Source of the DNA: Firmicutes bacterium UBA5774 | GTDB lineage: Bacteria > Bacillota > Clostridia > Peptostreptococcales > Anaerovoracaceae | Length of the DNA: 64,000 nt | Assembly: GCA_002418625.1 (NCBI GenBank) | Contig: DIEM01000059.1 | Coordinates: 13,451 to 77,450 of the forward strand | Reading direction: 5' to 3' | Part shown: positions 33,651 through 44,800 of the stretch, one piece after another | How the letters are laid out: the number at the start of each line of letters is the position of its first letter | Position numbering within the stretch: the first letter of the stretch is position 1 | Notes under the pieces: generated by a model | Told to the model about the DNA's origin: nothing | Database searches by the model: none | The model's input: only the letters and a program-made list of their open reading frames with translations | Position numbers and translations under genes: made by a program

Positions 33651-36290
33651 TCAGGCATTTGGCGGCATCGGCTCCCCGCTGGCCGCCTCATCCTTCTTTT
33701 CAAAAATACCGCAGACGGTTTTTCCCGATAGAACGTCTGATATCAAGGCGACTCCCCTGCCGCCGACATCATGGACTTTGATGATTTCCGCCATATCCGG
33801 TTCAGCTGATGTGATGATTTCATGAAGGATGTTCTTTTCCTGATCGAAAAACGATGGGTTATGGAATATCGTCGTTTCATCCTCAAAAATAGCGGCATAA
33901 AAAATTTCCGTCTCTACCAGATCCTGGAAAAAATGGCTGCCATAGGAAAGCTCCGGCATATATCCGGCGCCATGATACGCCACCTCGCAGGCGATCTTCA
34001 TATTGGAAATTTCAGCAAATGACACGGGAACGCCGAGCTCCGGCGACGATGTTCCCAGTCTGCCCGGAACCAGTATCATAACCGCCTTTCCTGAATCTTT
34101 ATAATAGTGGTTGATTTTTCCTATGGTTCTTGCGACATTTGCTTTTTTATTATACGGATATTCGTAATAGCTCTTTGGATCGATCTGTATAACGACATCC
34201 ACAGGCTGATAGTACGCTCCTCCCATCGTGCCGCCATTCAAAGAAAAGAAGCATTTTTCTTCAGCTATTTCAGGCACTTCGACCTTGACGCCGATCCCTC
34301 CGACCTGGAGCGGCCTGCATTGGAGCAGGTTCAGCACAAATTCGCCTTCCTCATTGAAATTGACGGCAAATTCTATATCCACAGGATATTCGTATTCTTT
34401 CGAGACGACCACCATGATATCCTTCAGCATCTTGACAAAATCTTCTCTTTTCAGAAGATTGCCGCAGGTCGTAAACACGATGTCCTTCCTGATATTGCGC
34501 TCGCGAAGCTCGGCTTCCCTTTCGTAATCATGCTCGATCATGAACTTTTTGAACCACGCCGGAAGCTTATCGCTGATATCGGCGATGTCGAGACCCTTCA
34601 TATTTTTCGATGTCAAACACAGCGCATCGACTTTATTCTGGACAAACCTGCTCTTATCGCCTTTTCCTGCCGAAGGCAGAAGTCCCGGCTTATCCAGCGC
34701 GGCGATTCTGGGATAGTCGCCGTCCGTCCTGTCAACGGCTCTTGTTCCCAGTCCCATGACGATGCGTATCATCCCTTGGTTCGGATCGATATCCTTGTCC
34801 CATCTATACGAATTATAAGAATATCCGACGCCTGCGGCGCAGGGCATGAACACATCGTCAAATAACGATCCGGATACGCGCTGCACCAGGATCGCCATCT
34901 GCTCTTCCCTCATGTTCAAACCTCTTTGGAGCCTGTAGGCAAGCGCCGATTCGTCCATTGTACTTGCATAGACAGTCTTTACCGCATCCTCAAACGCCAG
35001 GAGCCTTTCTTCAAGGCTTCCGACATTGACGCAGAATATCGATTCATATTTACCGGCGAACGCGTTGCCGAATCCGTCTTCAAGCAAACTGCTCGATCTG
35101 ACGATAATGGGGCTTTGGCCGAAGTACTCCAGCATACGCCTGAATTGTTCCCTGATATTTTCAGAAAAACTTCCCTGCAGAATCTTCTCCTTGATGTCTT
35201 TGGCTGCTGAAAAGTATCCTTCCGGAGTCTTTTGCTTCAGTCTCATCGTCCAGCAGTCGTTCTGTATATTATAGGTATGGAACAGGTTGGAGCCGATGTA
35301 GAAAGAGTCATGGGGCTCAATCTTGCCGACGATTTTGGGCAGTTTATTGCTGACGATCTTTCTGGACAGCAGCATGCCGGCGGCCTTGCCTCCGATATTG
35401 CCGACGCCGATCATTCTTTTTTTAAGTTCAAGCAGATCTTCCATCTTGAAATTCTTGCTTGCGATACCGATGAGTTTTTCGTCACTTCCGAAAAGCATCC
35501 TGCAAAGCTCTCTGATAACCTCAGGCTTTTGTTCCCTGGTCACTTCAAATTCAGCCTTCCTGTTCATAAAATATCTTTCCCAGCTGTCAAGGTTGAGTTG
35601 ACTCTCGGTATTGCCCGTGCTCCCGATCAGGGAATAGAATTTGCTTATCCGGATCCCGTCTGTCAGCGGAACGAAATTATCCTGCTCCTCTTCCGTTTTC
35701 TTTTCCTCGAGGATATGTGGGAGGAACATGCTTGGAGAATAACGGTTCCATACCTTAAGCGGATGCAGATACAGTTCGTCATCCGTTCCGAATACGTCTA
35801 TCAGCAATTGAGTCGTCGCCCGGATCCTTTCCATTGCTGCGAACGAGTGGTTGTTCCGTGTTATTGCAAAGTAGCAGACTGATTCCATCTCATGCAGAAA
35901 CGGGCATGTGACAAGGAAAAAGTTCCTGATCATGAAATCGGATGCCCATGCTTTCTGAAGCGCTGAAATGCTGTCAAAAATATAAAAAGTCTCTTTGCCT
36001 TCCCTCGCGATCATATCGTGCACCTGGACGGCAAAAGACTCGAAGCCTTCATTTGTATTGAATTGAATTATTTTAAGGCCCTCCTGCGGCACAAGCAAAG
36101 GATCATGCGGCGCAAACCTTATGTACACCAGATTCCTGCCGTCTTTGATCGCCTTTGCGGCGAAAGGGCGGACAAAAAATTCATATTCTGAAATGTCTGA
36201 GACCTGCCAGACGACATTGTCGCCGAGCCTGATATGGTCTAGAAGCCTATCGACTCCTAAAATCCCGGATTCCACTTTATCAAATATCAT
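33651..36290 (-). CDS. PEP/pyruvate-binding (PPDK_N-type) domain protein with degenerate KaiC/RecA-like N-terminal domain
   Basis: 879 aa. AAGGAGGG RBS. N-terminal GILGVDRLLDHIRLGDNVVWQVSD lacks a P-loop where KaiC-like proteins have GxxGxGKT. The central IGGKAAGMLL...VRSSSLLEDG block is typical of the pyruvate phosphate dikinase N-terminal ATP-grasp domain. I could not see a GGxTSHAAI swivel motif. Confidence 0.7.
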   Translation of the reverse strand: MIFDKVESGILGVDRLLDHIRLGDNVVWQVSDISEYEFFVRPFAAKAIKDGRNLVYIRFAPHDPLLVPQEGLKIIQFNTNEGFESFAVQVHDMIAREGKETFYIFDSISALQKAWASDFMIRNFFLVTCPFLHEMESVCYFAITRNNHSFAAMERIRATTQLLIDVFGTDDELYLHPLKVWNRYSPSMFLPHILEEKKTEEEQDNFVPLTDGIRISKFYSLIGSTGNTESQLNLDSWERYFMNRKAEFEVTREQKPEVIRELCRMLFGSDEKLIGIASKNFKMEDLLELKKRMIGVGNIGGKAAGMLLSRKIVSNKLPKIVGKIEPHDSFYIGSNLFHTYNIQNDCWTMRLKQKTPEGYFSAAKDIKEKILQGSFSENIREQFRRMLEYFGQSPIIVRSSSLLEDGFGNAFAGKYESIFCVNVGSLEERLLAFEDAVKTVYASTMDESALAYRLQRGLNMREEQMAILVQRVSGSLFDDVFMPCAAGVGYSYNSYRWDKDIDPNQGMIRIVMGLGTRAVDRTDGDYPRIAALDKPGLLPSAGKGDKSRFVQNKVDALCLTSKNMKGLDIADISDKLPAWFKKFMIEHDYEREAELRERNIRKDIVFTTCGNLLKREDFVKMLKDIMVVVSKEYEYPVDIEFAVNFNEEGEFVLNLLQCRPLQVGGIGVKVEVPEIAEEKCFFSLNGGTMGGAYYQPVDVVIQIDPKSYYEYPYNKKANVARTIGKINHYYKDSGKAVMILVPGRLGTSSPELGVPVSFAEISNMKIACEVAYHGAGYMPELSYGSHFFQDLVETEIFYAAIFEDETTIFHNPSFFDQEKNILHEIITSAEPDMAEIIKVHDVGGRGVALISDVLSGKTVCGIFEKKDEAASGEPMPPNA

Positions 36291-36320
36291 CGTGTTACCC
36301 TCCTTTATCAGTCTGCCGTT

Positions 36321-37307
36321 TTATCTTGCCATCCCAAGACCAAATTTTTCCCTGACACGCTTCATGGTTATCTCCGCCCGCGATGCGGCTTTTTCACTGC
36401 CCTTTTGAAGGATCTCCGGCAATTCGGACGAATGTCTGATTTCATTGAAGTTTTTTTGGATCGGAGCGATTGCGTCACAGGTCACGGCGACAAGATCGTT
36501 CTTGAATGCACCATAGCCGCAGCCCTCGTATTTTTTTTCAATATCCTTGATTTTCATGCCGGAAAAAGCGCTGTATATCGACAGTAGATTGCTTACGCCC
36601 GGTTTTTTTTCAATATCAAACCGAATAATCCCGTCCGAATCAGTCGTCGACTTCATGATGGTCTTCTTGATTTTATCCGGAGTATCCAGCAGCGAGATCC
36701 TGCTATGGGCGTTTTCAGCGCTTTTGCTCATTTTGGATGTAGGATCGTCCAGCGCCATGATCCTGGCCCCCACCTCCATGTTCCGCTCTTCCGGAACCAC
36801 AAAGGTCTTTCCGTATTTATTGTTGATTCGGATCGCTATATCCCTGGTAAGCTCGAGATGCTGCTTCTGGTCATGCCCGACCGGGACGATATCCGAATCG
36901 TAAAGCAATATGTCCGCAGCCATAAGCACAGGATAGGTGAACAGCCCAGCCGGAGCCGACTCCTTTTCCCTGCTCTTTTCCTTGAACTGAGTCATCCTGT
37001 TCAACTCACCCGTATATGTATTGCACATCAGCACCCACGCCAGCTCCGCATGGGCCGGAACATCCGACTGTATGAACACGATGGATTTTTCAGGATCAAG
37101 CCCGACGGCCAGATATAATGCGGCTACATCCAGGATGTTTCTGCGCAATTCCTTTGGGTCCTGGGGAACGGTGATCGAATGCATATCGACGATGCAATAC
37201 GTACACTCCATTTCCTCCTGCAACTCAACGAATTGTCTCAAGGCTCCCAAATAATTTCCGATATGAATATTGCCTGTCGGCTGCACTCCTGAAAAAACCT
37301 TCTTCAT
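36321..37307 (-). CDS. trpS: Tryptophan--tRNA ligase
   Basis: 328 aa. TGNIHIGNYLG (HIGH) and KMSKS motifs. Its ATG lies 1 nt after the stop of the sigma-factor gene. Confidence 0.95.
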   Translation of the reverse strand: MKKVFSGVQPTGNIHIGNYLGALRQFVELQEEMECTYCIVDMHSITVPQDPKELRRNILDVAALYLAVGLDPEKSIVFIQSDVPAHAELAWVLMCNTYTGELNRMTQFKEKSREKESAPAGLFTYPVLMAADILLYDSDIVPVGHDQKQHLELTRDIAIRINNKYGKTFVVPEERNMEVGARIMALDDPTSKMSKSAENAHSRISLLDTPDKIKKTIMKSTTDSDGIIRFDIEKKPGVSNLLSIYSAFSGMKIKDIEKKYEGCGYGAFKNDLVAVTCDAIAPIQKNFNEIRHSSELPEILQKGSEKAASRAEITMKRVREKFGLGMAR

Positions 37308-37308
37308 T

Positions 37309-38070
37309 TTATCTACCGAATTCCTTTCTGAATCTGTCCCTTATCTTTTTTTCGATCCTCGATATCGTCATTTGAGAAACGCCCATGGATTCCGCTATGT
37401 CCTGCTGGATCCTGTTTTCAATGAATCTCATCCTGAAAACCGCTTTTTCCTCCGAGGACAGGGTCGCGAGGATCTCCTTGATCATTTCCGAGTTTTCCAG
37501 CTTCGTAAAGCCCTCCTCTTCCTTGCCGAGGTATTTGTCGAGCGTATTCTCGTCGCCTTCAATGCCGTCGTCGAAGCTTTGCTGAAGCGAGTAGGTTCCG
37601 TAAGCCTGATTGCTTTCCATCGCCTCAAGCACCTCTTCCTCAGAACACCTGAGATATTCGGCGATTTCAGAAACCTTCGGGCTTCGCAGCAGCGTTCTTT
37701 CAAGCTCGTCCTTTGCCGCCGGGATTTTGGCTCCAAGTTCTTTCAAACGCCTCGGAACTTTCATGGACCAGCCTTTGTCGCGAAAATACCGCTTGATCTC
37801 ACCGATGATCGTCGGCGTCGCGAAGCTGGTGAATTCATATCCCTTGCTGATGTCATACCTTTCAACGGCAAAAACTAAAGCCATGGAACCGACTTGATAC
37901 AAATCGTCGTATTCCACGCCTTTATTTAAATACTTTCTGATCAGAATGTCCACGATATAAAGATATCGCTGTACGATCTCGTTTCTCGTCTCGATGTTTT
38001 TATCCCGGACATATCTTTCAAAAAGTTCCCTGTTGCTGACTTCTGTCTGCCCCTTTTGTAGAACGGACAT
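37309..38070 (-). CDS. sigB: Alternative sigma factor, SigB-like (group 3, SigB/F/G clade)
   Basis: 253 aa. FATPTIIGEIKRYFRDKGWSMKVPRRLKELG and RSPKVSEIAEYLRCSEEEVLEAME closely parallel B. subtilis SigB (...WSVHVPRRIKELG..., RSPKVEEIAEFLDVSEEEVLETME). Region 4.2 is GVSQMTISRIEKK. Confidence 0.78.
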   Translation of the reverse strand: MSVLQKGQTEVSNRELFERYVRDKNIETRNEIVQRYLYIVDILIRKYLNKGVEYDDLYQVGSMALVFAVERYDISKGYEFTSFATPTIIGEIKRYFRDKGWSMKVPRRLKELGAKIPAAKDELERTLLRSPKVSEIAEYLRCSEEEVLEAMESNQAYGTYSLQQSFDDGIEGDENTLDKYLGKEEEGFTKLENSEMIKEILATLSSEEKAVFRMRFIENRIQQDIAESMGVSQMTISRIEKKIRDRFRKEFGR

Positions 38071-38084
38071 GCTTCACCTCAACG

Positions 38085-38483
38085 TTAAATATATTTTACC
38101 ATTTGGATCCGTGTTCCTTCTCCAAGCTTGGAGATAATATCGACTTCATCCATCAGCGCTTTGATGATGAATATCCCGAGTCCGCCCTCTTTCATTTCAC
38201 AAGCGCAGGGTTCGCGATAATCATTCATATCATACCCGCCGCATGTATCCGTTACGAGAATTATGAATCTGTCGGCTTCAATGGTACATTCGACTTCATA
38301 GCAATTTTCATCCTTGTCCCCGTGCCTGACGACGTTTGTGCACGCTTCCGACACAGCGACCTTGATATCTTCGATCGCTTCAAGGTCAAAGCCTGCGCAG
38401 TTCGCCACAGAAGAGACTGCAAGCCGAACCACCCGCACATATTCGGGTTTTCCAGGGATAGAAAATTTCAATAGATCACCCAT
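38085..38483 (-). CDS. rsbW: Anti-sigma factor serine kinase (RsbW/SpoIIAB family)
   Basis: The ORF track starts at 38498 (TAATG overlap with the upstream stop). ATG 38483 has a better GAGGAG RBS. N box EACTNVVRH, G2 GGLGIFIIKALMD. Confidence 0.8.
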   Translation of the reverse strand: MGDLLKFSIPGKPEYVRVVRLAVSSVANCAGFDLEAIEDIKVAVSEACTNVVRHGDKDENCYEVECTIEADRFIILVTDTCGGYDMNDYREPCACEMKEGGLGIFIIKALMDEVDIISKLGEGTRIQMVKYI

Positions 38484-38497
38484 TGTTTTTCTCCTCA

Positions 38498-38806
38498 TTA
38501 CAAAAGTATTTGATCAAGACTTGTGATAGTAAGCAGTTTTCTGATGTTTTTTTTGGGATTCAGGATCCTGATGCGATTCCGGTCGGCTTTCATTTTTCCG
38601 TACGTGCCGATGATCACGCCGATTCCCGTACTGTCGATGTAATTCAGGTTGTCAAACCGGAGCGTGATGTCGCCCTTGTTTTCTTTATATGCTTTTTCCA
38701 GCGATTCCCTGAATTCATTGACCGACGAAATATCAATTTCTCCCGTCAGGTCGATTTCCCATTCATTGTTGTCGTTGTCAAAACTGCTTTTTATCTGTAA
38801 AGACAT
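38498..38806 (-). CDS. rsbV: Anti-sigma-factor antagonist (STAS; RsbV/SpoIIAA family)
   Basis: Start moved to ATG 38806 (AGGAGG RBS) because the 38827 start would sit inside the promoter. Phosphorylatable Ser/Thr context LNYIDSTGIGV. Confidence 0.8.
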   Translation of the reverse strand: MSLQIKSSFDNDNNEWEIDLTGEIDISSVNEFRESLEKAYKENKGDITLRFDNLNYIDSTGIGVIIGTYGKMKADRNRIRILNPKKNIRKLLTITSLDQILL

Positions 38807-38830
38807 CTTTACTTCCTCCTGATTCAAGGT

Positions 38831-38855
38831 ATACCCTTATGAGAAGAGTTCAAAC
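38831..38855 (-). promoter_or_regulatory. Sigma-B-type promoter upstream of rsbV
   Basis: The minus strand reads GTTTGA (38855..38850), then N13, then GGGTAT (38836..38831). The B. subtilis consensus is GTTTAA-N12-15-GGGTAT. It lies about 25 nt upstream of the rsbV ATG and 18 nt after the gyrA stop. Confidence 0.55.
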
Positions 38856-38873
38856 ACGGGCTTTGCTTAGATT

Positions 38874-41420
38874 CTAATCCTCATCCCTGTTGATTTCAAG
38901 CCCGATCTGGGTTTCTCCGCTTTTACCGTTCTCCTGCTCGCCGTTTCCTTCCTTGCCGTCGCTCTCGTCGTTTTCAAATGCGTCTTCCTCGTTGAATACT
39001 TTGGCCAGCGAAATGATGTTGGCGTCTTCATGTACGCGCATGATCTTCACGCCTTGCGTCGCCCTGCTGAGTCTCGATACCTCCGAGGCTTTTATCCTGA
39101 TGATGATCCCGTCTGAATTGATCAGCAGCACTTCGTCATTGTCATTGACGACCATGGCGCCGATCAGCTCTCCGGTCTTGCTGAATTTGGACTTGTCATA
39201 TGTCAGAAGGCCTTTTCCGCCCCTTGCCTGGACTTTATAATCTTTAACAGCCGTTCTCTTGCCGTAGCCGAATTTGGTTGCGACCAGAAGCTCTTCATCT
39301 TTTTCGGCCAGTTCCATGGCGACCACTTCGTCGTCTTTTTCCAGCAGTATCGCCCTGACTCCGCCGGCATTTCTACCCATGCTTCTGACGTCTTCTTCGC
39401 TGAAGCAGATGCATTTGCCGTTCTTGGTCACAATTATGACATTGCTGGTGCCGGACGTCTGCTTGATGCCGATCAGTTCGTCATCGTCCTTGAGGCTGAT
39501 TGCGATAAGGCCCGCCTTCCTGCTGGTATCAAACTGGGCAAGATCTGTTTTCTTGATCGTGCCTTTCTTTGTTACAGCTATCAGATACTTGTCTTCGGCA
39601 AATTCCTTAATAGGAATGACCGCCGTGATCCTCTCCCTTTGCGTCAAGTGGAGGAAATTGACGACCGGAGTCCCTTTTGCCGTTCTTTGAGCTTCAGGGA
39701 TCTCGTATGCCTTTATCCTGTATGCCCTTCCCGTATTTGTAAAGAACATCAGATAATCATGGGTGGATGTCGTTATCAGCTGGCGCACAAAGTCGTTGTC
39801 CCTCGTCGTCACGCCCATGATGCCTCGTCCCCCGCGCTTTTGCGTCTTATAGGTGTCCGCCGTTACCCTCTTGATATATCCCATCTGCGTGAGTGTAATG
39901 GCGACCTTTTCCTCCTGGATCAGATCCTCCTCGTCAATGTCCTCCGCATCGCTGACTATTTCAGTCCGTCGCTTGTCTGCGTATTTTTTCTTGATTTCAA
40001 GCAATTCTTTTCTGATCAAGCCCATCAGCACCTTCTCGTCCGATAGAATTTCCTTGAACCAGAGAATCTCTTTCAGAAGCGCTTCGTATTCCTGGTCGAT
40101 CTTCTCCCTCTCCAGTCCCGTCAATCTCTGGAGCCTCATGTCCAGGATCGCCTGGGCCTGTTTGTCTGAAAATCCGAACCTATCGGAAAGCTTCACCTTC
40201 GCTTCGTTCGCATTGGGCGATTCCTTGATCAGCCTGATCACTTCATCGATATTATCAAGCGCGATCTTGAGCCCTTCAAGTATATGGGCCCTTTCCTCGG
40301 CCTTTCTCAGGTCGAATCGTGTCCTTCTAGTCACGACATCCTTCTGGTGCAGAAGGTATTGCTCCAGCATCTGGTACAGATTCATCAATTTGGGCTCGCC
40401 GTTCACGATCGCCAGCATGATGATGCTGTAATTGTCCTGAAGCTGCGTGTGCTTGTAAAGCCTGTTCAGCGTGATTTGCGGATTTGCGTCCTTTTTAAGT
40501 TCAATGACGATACGCATACCGTCACGGTCAGATTCATCTCTTAAATCGGATATGTGGTCAAGCTTCTTCTCCCTGACGAGATCCGCTATTTTTTCAATGA
40601 CTCTGGACTTGTTGACCTGGAAAGGGATCTCCTTGATGATGATCTGCTGCCTGCCTTTTGCTGTGAACTCGATTTCAGCCTTTGATCGGACGACGGCTTT
40701 CCCCTGGCCGGTCCTGTATGCCTGCCTGATGTCGTTTTTGCCCATGATGATGGCTCCGGTCGGAAAATCCGGCCCTTTGACGATTTTGATCAAATCCTCG
40801 ACGTCGGCATTTTCATCGTCAATCAGTTTGACCGTCGCGTCGATGACTTCCCCAAGATTGTGCGGCGGTATGGATGTAGCCATGCCCACGGCGATGCCGT
40901 TGGAGCCGTTGACCAGAAGATTGGGATATCTTGCCGGAAGCACGATCGGCTCATCCAGCGTCTCATCAAAGTTCAGCGTATAATCTATTGTTTCCTTGTC
41001 TATATCCCTGAGCATCTCGAGAGCATACGGCGTCATCCTGGCTTCCGTATACCTCATGGCCGCCGCGCTGTCTCCATCGACGGATCCGAAGTTTCCGTGT
41101 CCGTCGACCAGCATGTAGCGGATCGAGAAATCCTGGGCCATCCTGACCATTGCATCATAAACGGAAGAGTCTCCGTGCGGGTGGTATTTACCCAAGACGT
41201 CCCCGACGATACGTGCGGATTTCCTGTGCGGCTTGTCCGGCGAAAGGCCCAGCTCCGACATGGCGTAAAGGATTCTCCTGTGGACAGGTTTGAGACCGTC
41301 CCTGACGTCAGGAAGCGCCCTGCCAACTATGACACTCATCGCATAGTCTATATAGGATTTTTCCATTTCTTCATTTATATCGCGCTGGATCAGTTTTAAA
41401 TCTTCAATTGAATTGCTCAC
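38874..41420 (-). CDS. gyrA: DNA gyrase subunit A
   Basis: 848 aa. GTG start with [36 protein letters not shown], active-site AAMRYTE, acidic C-terminal tail. Confidence 0.97.
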   Translation of the reverse strand: MSNSIEDLKLIQRDINEEMEKSYIDYAMSVIVGRALPDVRDGLKPVHRRILYAMSELGLSPDKPHRKSARIVGDVLGKYHPHGDSSVYDAMVRMAQDFSIRYMLVDGHGNFGSVDGDSAAAMRYTEARMTPYALEMLRDIDKETIDYTLNFDETLDEPIVLPARYPNLLVNGSNGIAVGMATSIPPHNLGEVIDATVKLIDDENADVEDLIKIVKGPDFPTGAIIMGKNDIRQAYRTGQGKAVVRSKAEIEFTAKGRQQIIIKEIPFQVNKSRVIEKIADLVREKKLDHISDLRDESDRDGMRIVIELKKDANPQITLNRLYKHTQLQDNYSIIMLAIVNGEPKLMNLYQMLEQYLLHQKDVVTRRTRFDLRKAEERAHILEGLKIALDNIDEVIRLIKESPNANEAKVKLSDRFGFSDKQAQAILDMRLQRLTGLEREKIDQEYEALLKEILWFKEILSDEKVLMGLIRKELLEIKKKYADKRRTEIVSDAEDIDEEDLIQEEKVAITLTQMGYIKRVTADTYKTQKRGGRGIMGVTTRDNDFVRQLITTSTHDYLMFFTNTGRAYRIKAYEIPEAQRTAKGTPVVNFLHLTQRERITAVIPIKEFAEDKYLIAVTKKGTIKKTDLAQFDTSRKAGLIAISLKDDDELIGIKQTSGTSNVIIVTKNGKCICFSEEDVRSMGRNAGGVRAILLEKDDEVVAMELAEKDEELLVATKFGYGKRTAVKDYKVQARGGKGLLTYDKSKFSKTGELIGAMVVNDNDEVLLINSDGIIIRIKASEVSRLSRATQGVKIMRVHEDANIISLAKVFNEEDAFENDESDGKEGNGEQENGKSGETQIGLEINRDED

Positions 41421-41433
41421 GCTGTCTTACCTC

Positions 41434-43374
<1,941 letters not shown>

Positions 43375-43468
43375 TTATTTTCGGTCATTCTGACCACTCT
43401 TTTCCTACTTGGGTTCATCCCTGGTCAAACCTTCATATAGTGGTTCTTTCAATTCTAAACCACTAAAT

Positions 43469-43497
43469 ATTATACACGCAAACCTTTCTATTTTCAA
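43469..43497 (-). promoter_or_regulatory. Sigma-A-type promoter candidate for gyrB-gyrA
   Basis: The minus strand reads TTGAAA (43497..43492), then N17, then TATAAT (43474..43469). Confidence 0.5.
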
Positions 43498-43527
43498 TTT
43501 ATATTTTAAAAGGATTCAAACCTATAC

Positions 43528-43560
43528 AAATGCCGGTTTGCTTGCTTTAAACCGGCATTT
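43528..43560 (-). terminator. Hairpin terminator downstream of recF
   Basis: Perfect 12-bp stem AAATGCCGGTTT / AAACCGGCATTT with a 9-nt loop. A/T runs on both flanks, so it could act bidirectionally. Confidence 0.6.
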
Positions 43561-43613
43561 TGAGTCTTGTGGTCATCAATTAAGCGGCAGTATATATGCC
43601 CCCGCACCAAAAT

Positions 43614-44711
43614 CTATTCCCCTCGAATTATTCTTCCGTTTTCTATTATAAATACCGCATTTTCTGAAAGCGTTCCCTTTACAAAGTCGCTTATTTCCGT
43701 CGTCGTTATGAATAATTGTACATCTCCGAGTGAACTGATCAGAAACTTTTGTCTGGAAAAATCAAGCTCCGACAATACATCGTCTAATAACAATATTGGA
43801 GTCTCTCCCGTTTCTTCCTTTATCAGTCTTATTTCAGCCAGCTTCAGCGACAGCGCGGCAGTCCTCTGCTGGCCCTGGGATCCAAACGATCTTATATCTA
43901 TACCATTTGCCGATATTCTCAGATCGTCCCTATGCGGGCCGGTCATAGTCGTTCTTCTGAAGATGTCGTTCCTGTATCTGCTGTCCAGCTTCATACTGAA
44001 TTCTTTCTTTTGACTTGGCAGATCCGACATGACGGGAATATCGCTCTCGTAGATAATTTCCAGTTTTTCGCTGCCGTCTGTTATTTGATGATGGATATCT
44101 TTGCTGATCCTGTCCAGTTTTTTGATGAAGGCTGCTCTTTCAAGAATGATCCTCGCGCCCGAGTCTGCCAATTCATCATTCCATACCGATAGCATATCCG
44201 GGTTTATATTATCCTGCTTAAGCAGGGTGTTTCGCTGGAGCAATATTCTTTTATACCGGGCGAGTGTTTTATAATAGACCGGCTTTATTTGACACAGCTC
44301 CCTGTTTATGAATTTCCTTCTTTTTTCAGGCTCTTCCTTTACTATTTTAAGGTCCTCCGGCGAAAAAACAACAATATAGACATTTTCCAGCATATCTGCA
44401 TTTTTAAGCACTTTTACGCCGTCTATTCTAACGGTTTTATGGCCTTCCTCCAAAATGATCTCCAATTCTATTTCTGCGTCTTCTTTATAAGAGATTGTTG
44501 ATATCCTGGCCATCGGTGTGTCGAATCTGATCATTTCATTATCTTTCAACGTTCTGAAAGACTTTCCCAGAGACATCATGTATAACGCTTCAAGCAGATT
44601 TGTTTTCCCCTGTGCGTTATTTCCCGTTATAATATTTACTTTTGGGTGGAATTCAACCTTTTCTTCGGTATAATTCCTGAAATTCTGAAGTCTGGCTTCC
44701 TTAAAATACAT
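43614..44711 (-). CDS. recF: DNA replication and repair protein RecF
   Basis: 365 aa. Walker A GNNAQGKTNLLEA, signature FGSQGQQRTAALSLKLAE, Walker B ILLLDDV. Confidence 0.95.
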   Translation of the reverse strand: MYFKEARLQNFRNYTEEKVEFHPKVNIITGNNAQGKTNLLEALYMMSLGKSFRTLKDNEMIRFDTPMARISTISYKEDAEIELEIILEEGHKTVRIDGVKVLKNADMLENVYIVVFSPEDLKIVKEEPEKRRKFINRELCQIKPVYYKTLARYKRILLQRNTLLKQDNINPDMLSVWNDELADSGARIILERAAFIKKLDRISKDIHHQITDGSEKLEIIYESDIPVMSDLPSQKKEFSMKLDSRYRNDIFRRTTMTGPHRDDLRISANGIDIRSFGSQGQQRTAALSLKLAEIRLIKEETGETPILLLDDVLSELDFSRQKFLISSLGDVQLFITTTEISDFVKGTLSENAVFIIENGRIIRGE

Positions 44712-44731
44712 TTTTCTATCCTTTTAAACAA

Positions 44732-44780
44732 AATGGCTGCGGGATCCTGCGCCGGCGGCGCCTGATCCTCGGCAGCCATT
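44732..44780 (-). terminator. Long imperfect GC-rich hairpin between dnaN and recF
   Basis: The outer stem AATGGCTGC (44732..44740) / GCAGCCATT (44772..44780) encloses a partly self-complementary GC-rich core. T-rich tracts lie on both sides. It may attenuate rather than fully terminate. Confidence 0.45.
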
Positions 44781-44800
44781 CTTTTTATTTTGTTTGCCGG

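Noticed and set aside
37305-37320. T-box leader or independent promoter region for trpS.
   Set aside because: Only one nucleotide separates the sigma-factor stop from the trpS ATG, so no leader can exist here. This absence is reported as a finding instead.
37309-38806. Reading this triad as the sporulation operon spoIIAA-spoIIAB-sigF.
   Set aside because: The sigma protein matches B. subtilis SigB much more closely than SigF in the stretches I can recall. The upstream promoter fits the sigma-B consensus. I keep the SigB-like call, but at less than full confidence because group-3 sigmas are hard to separate without a tree.
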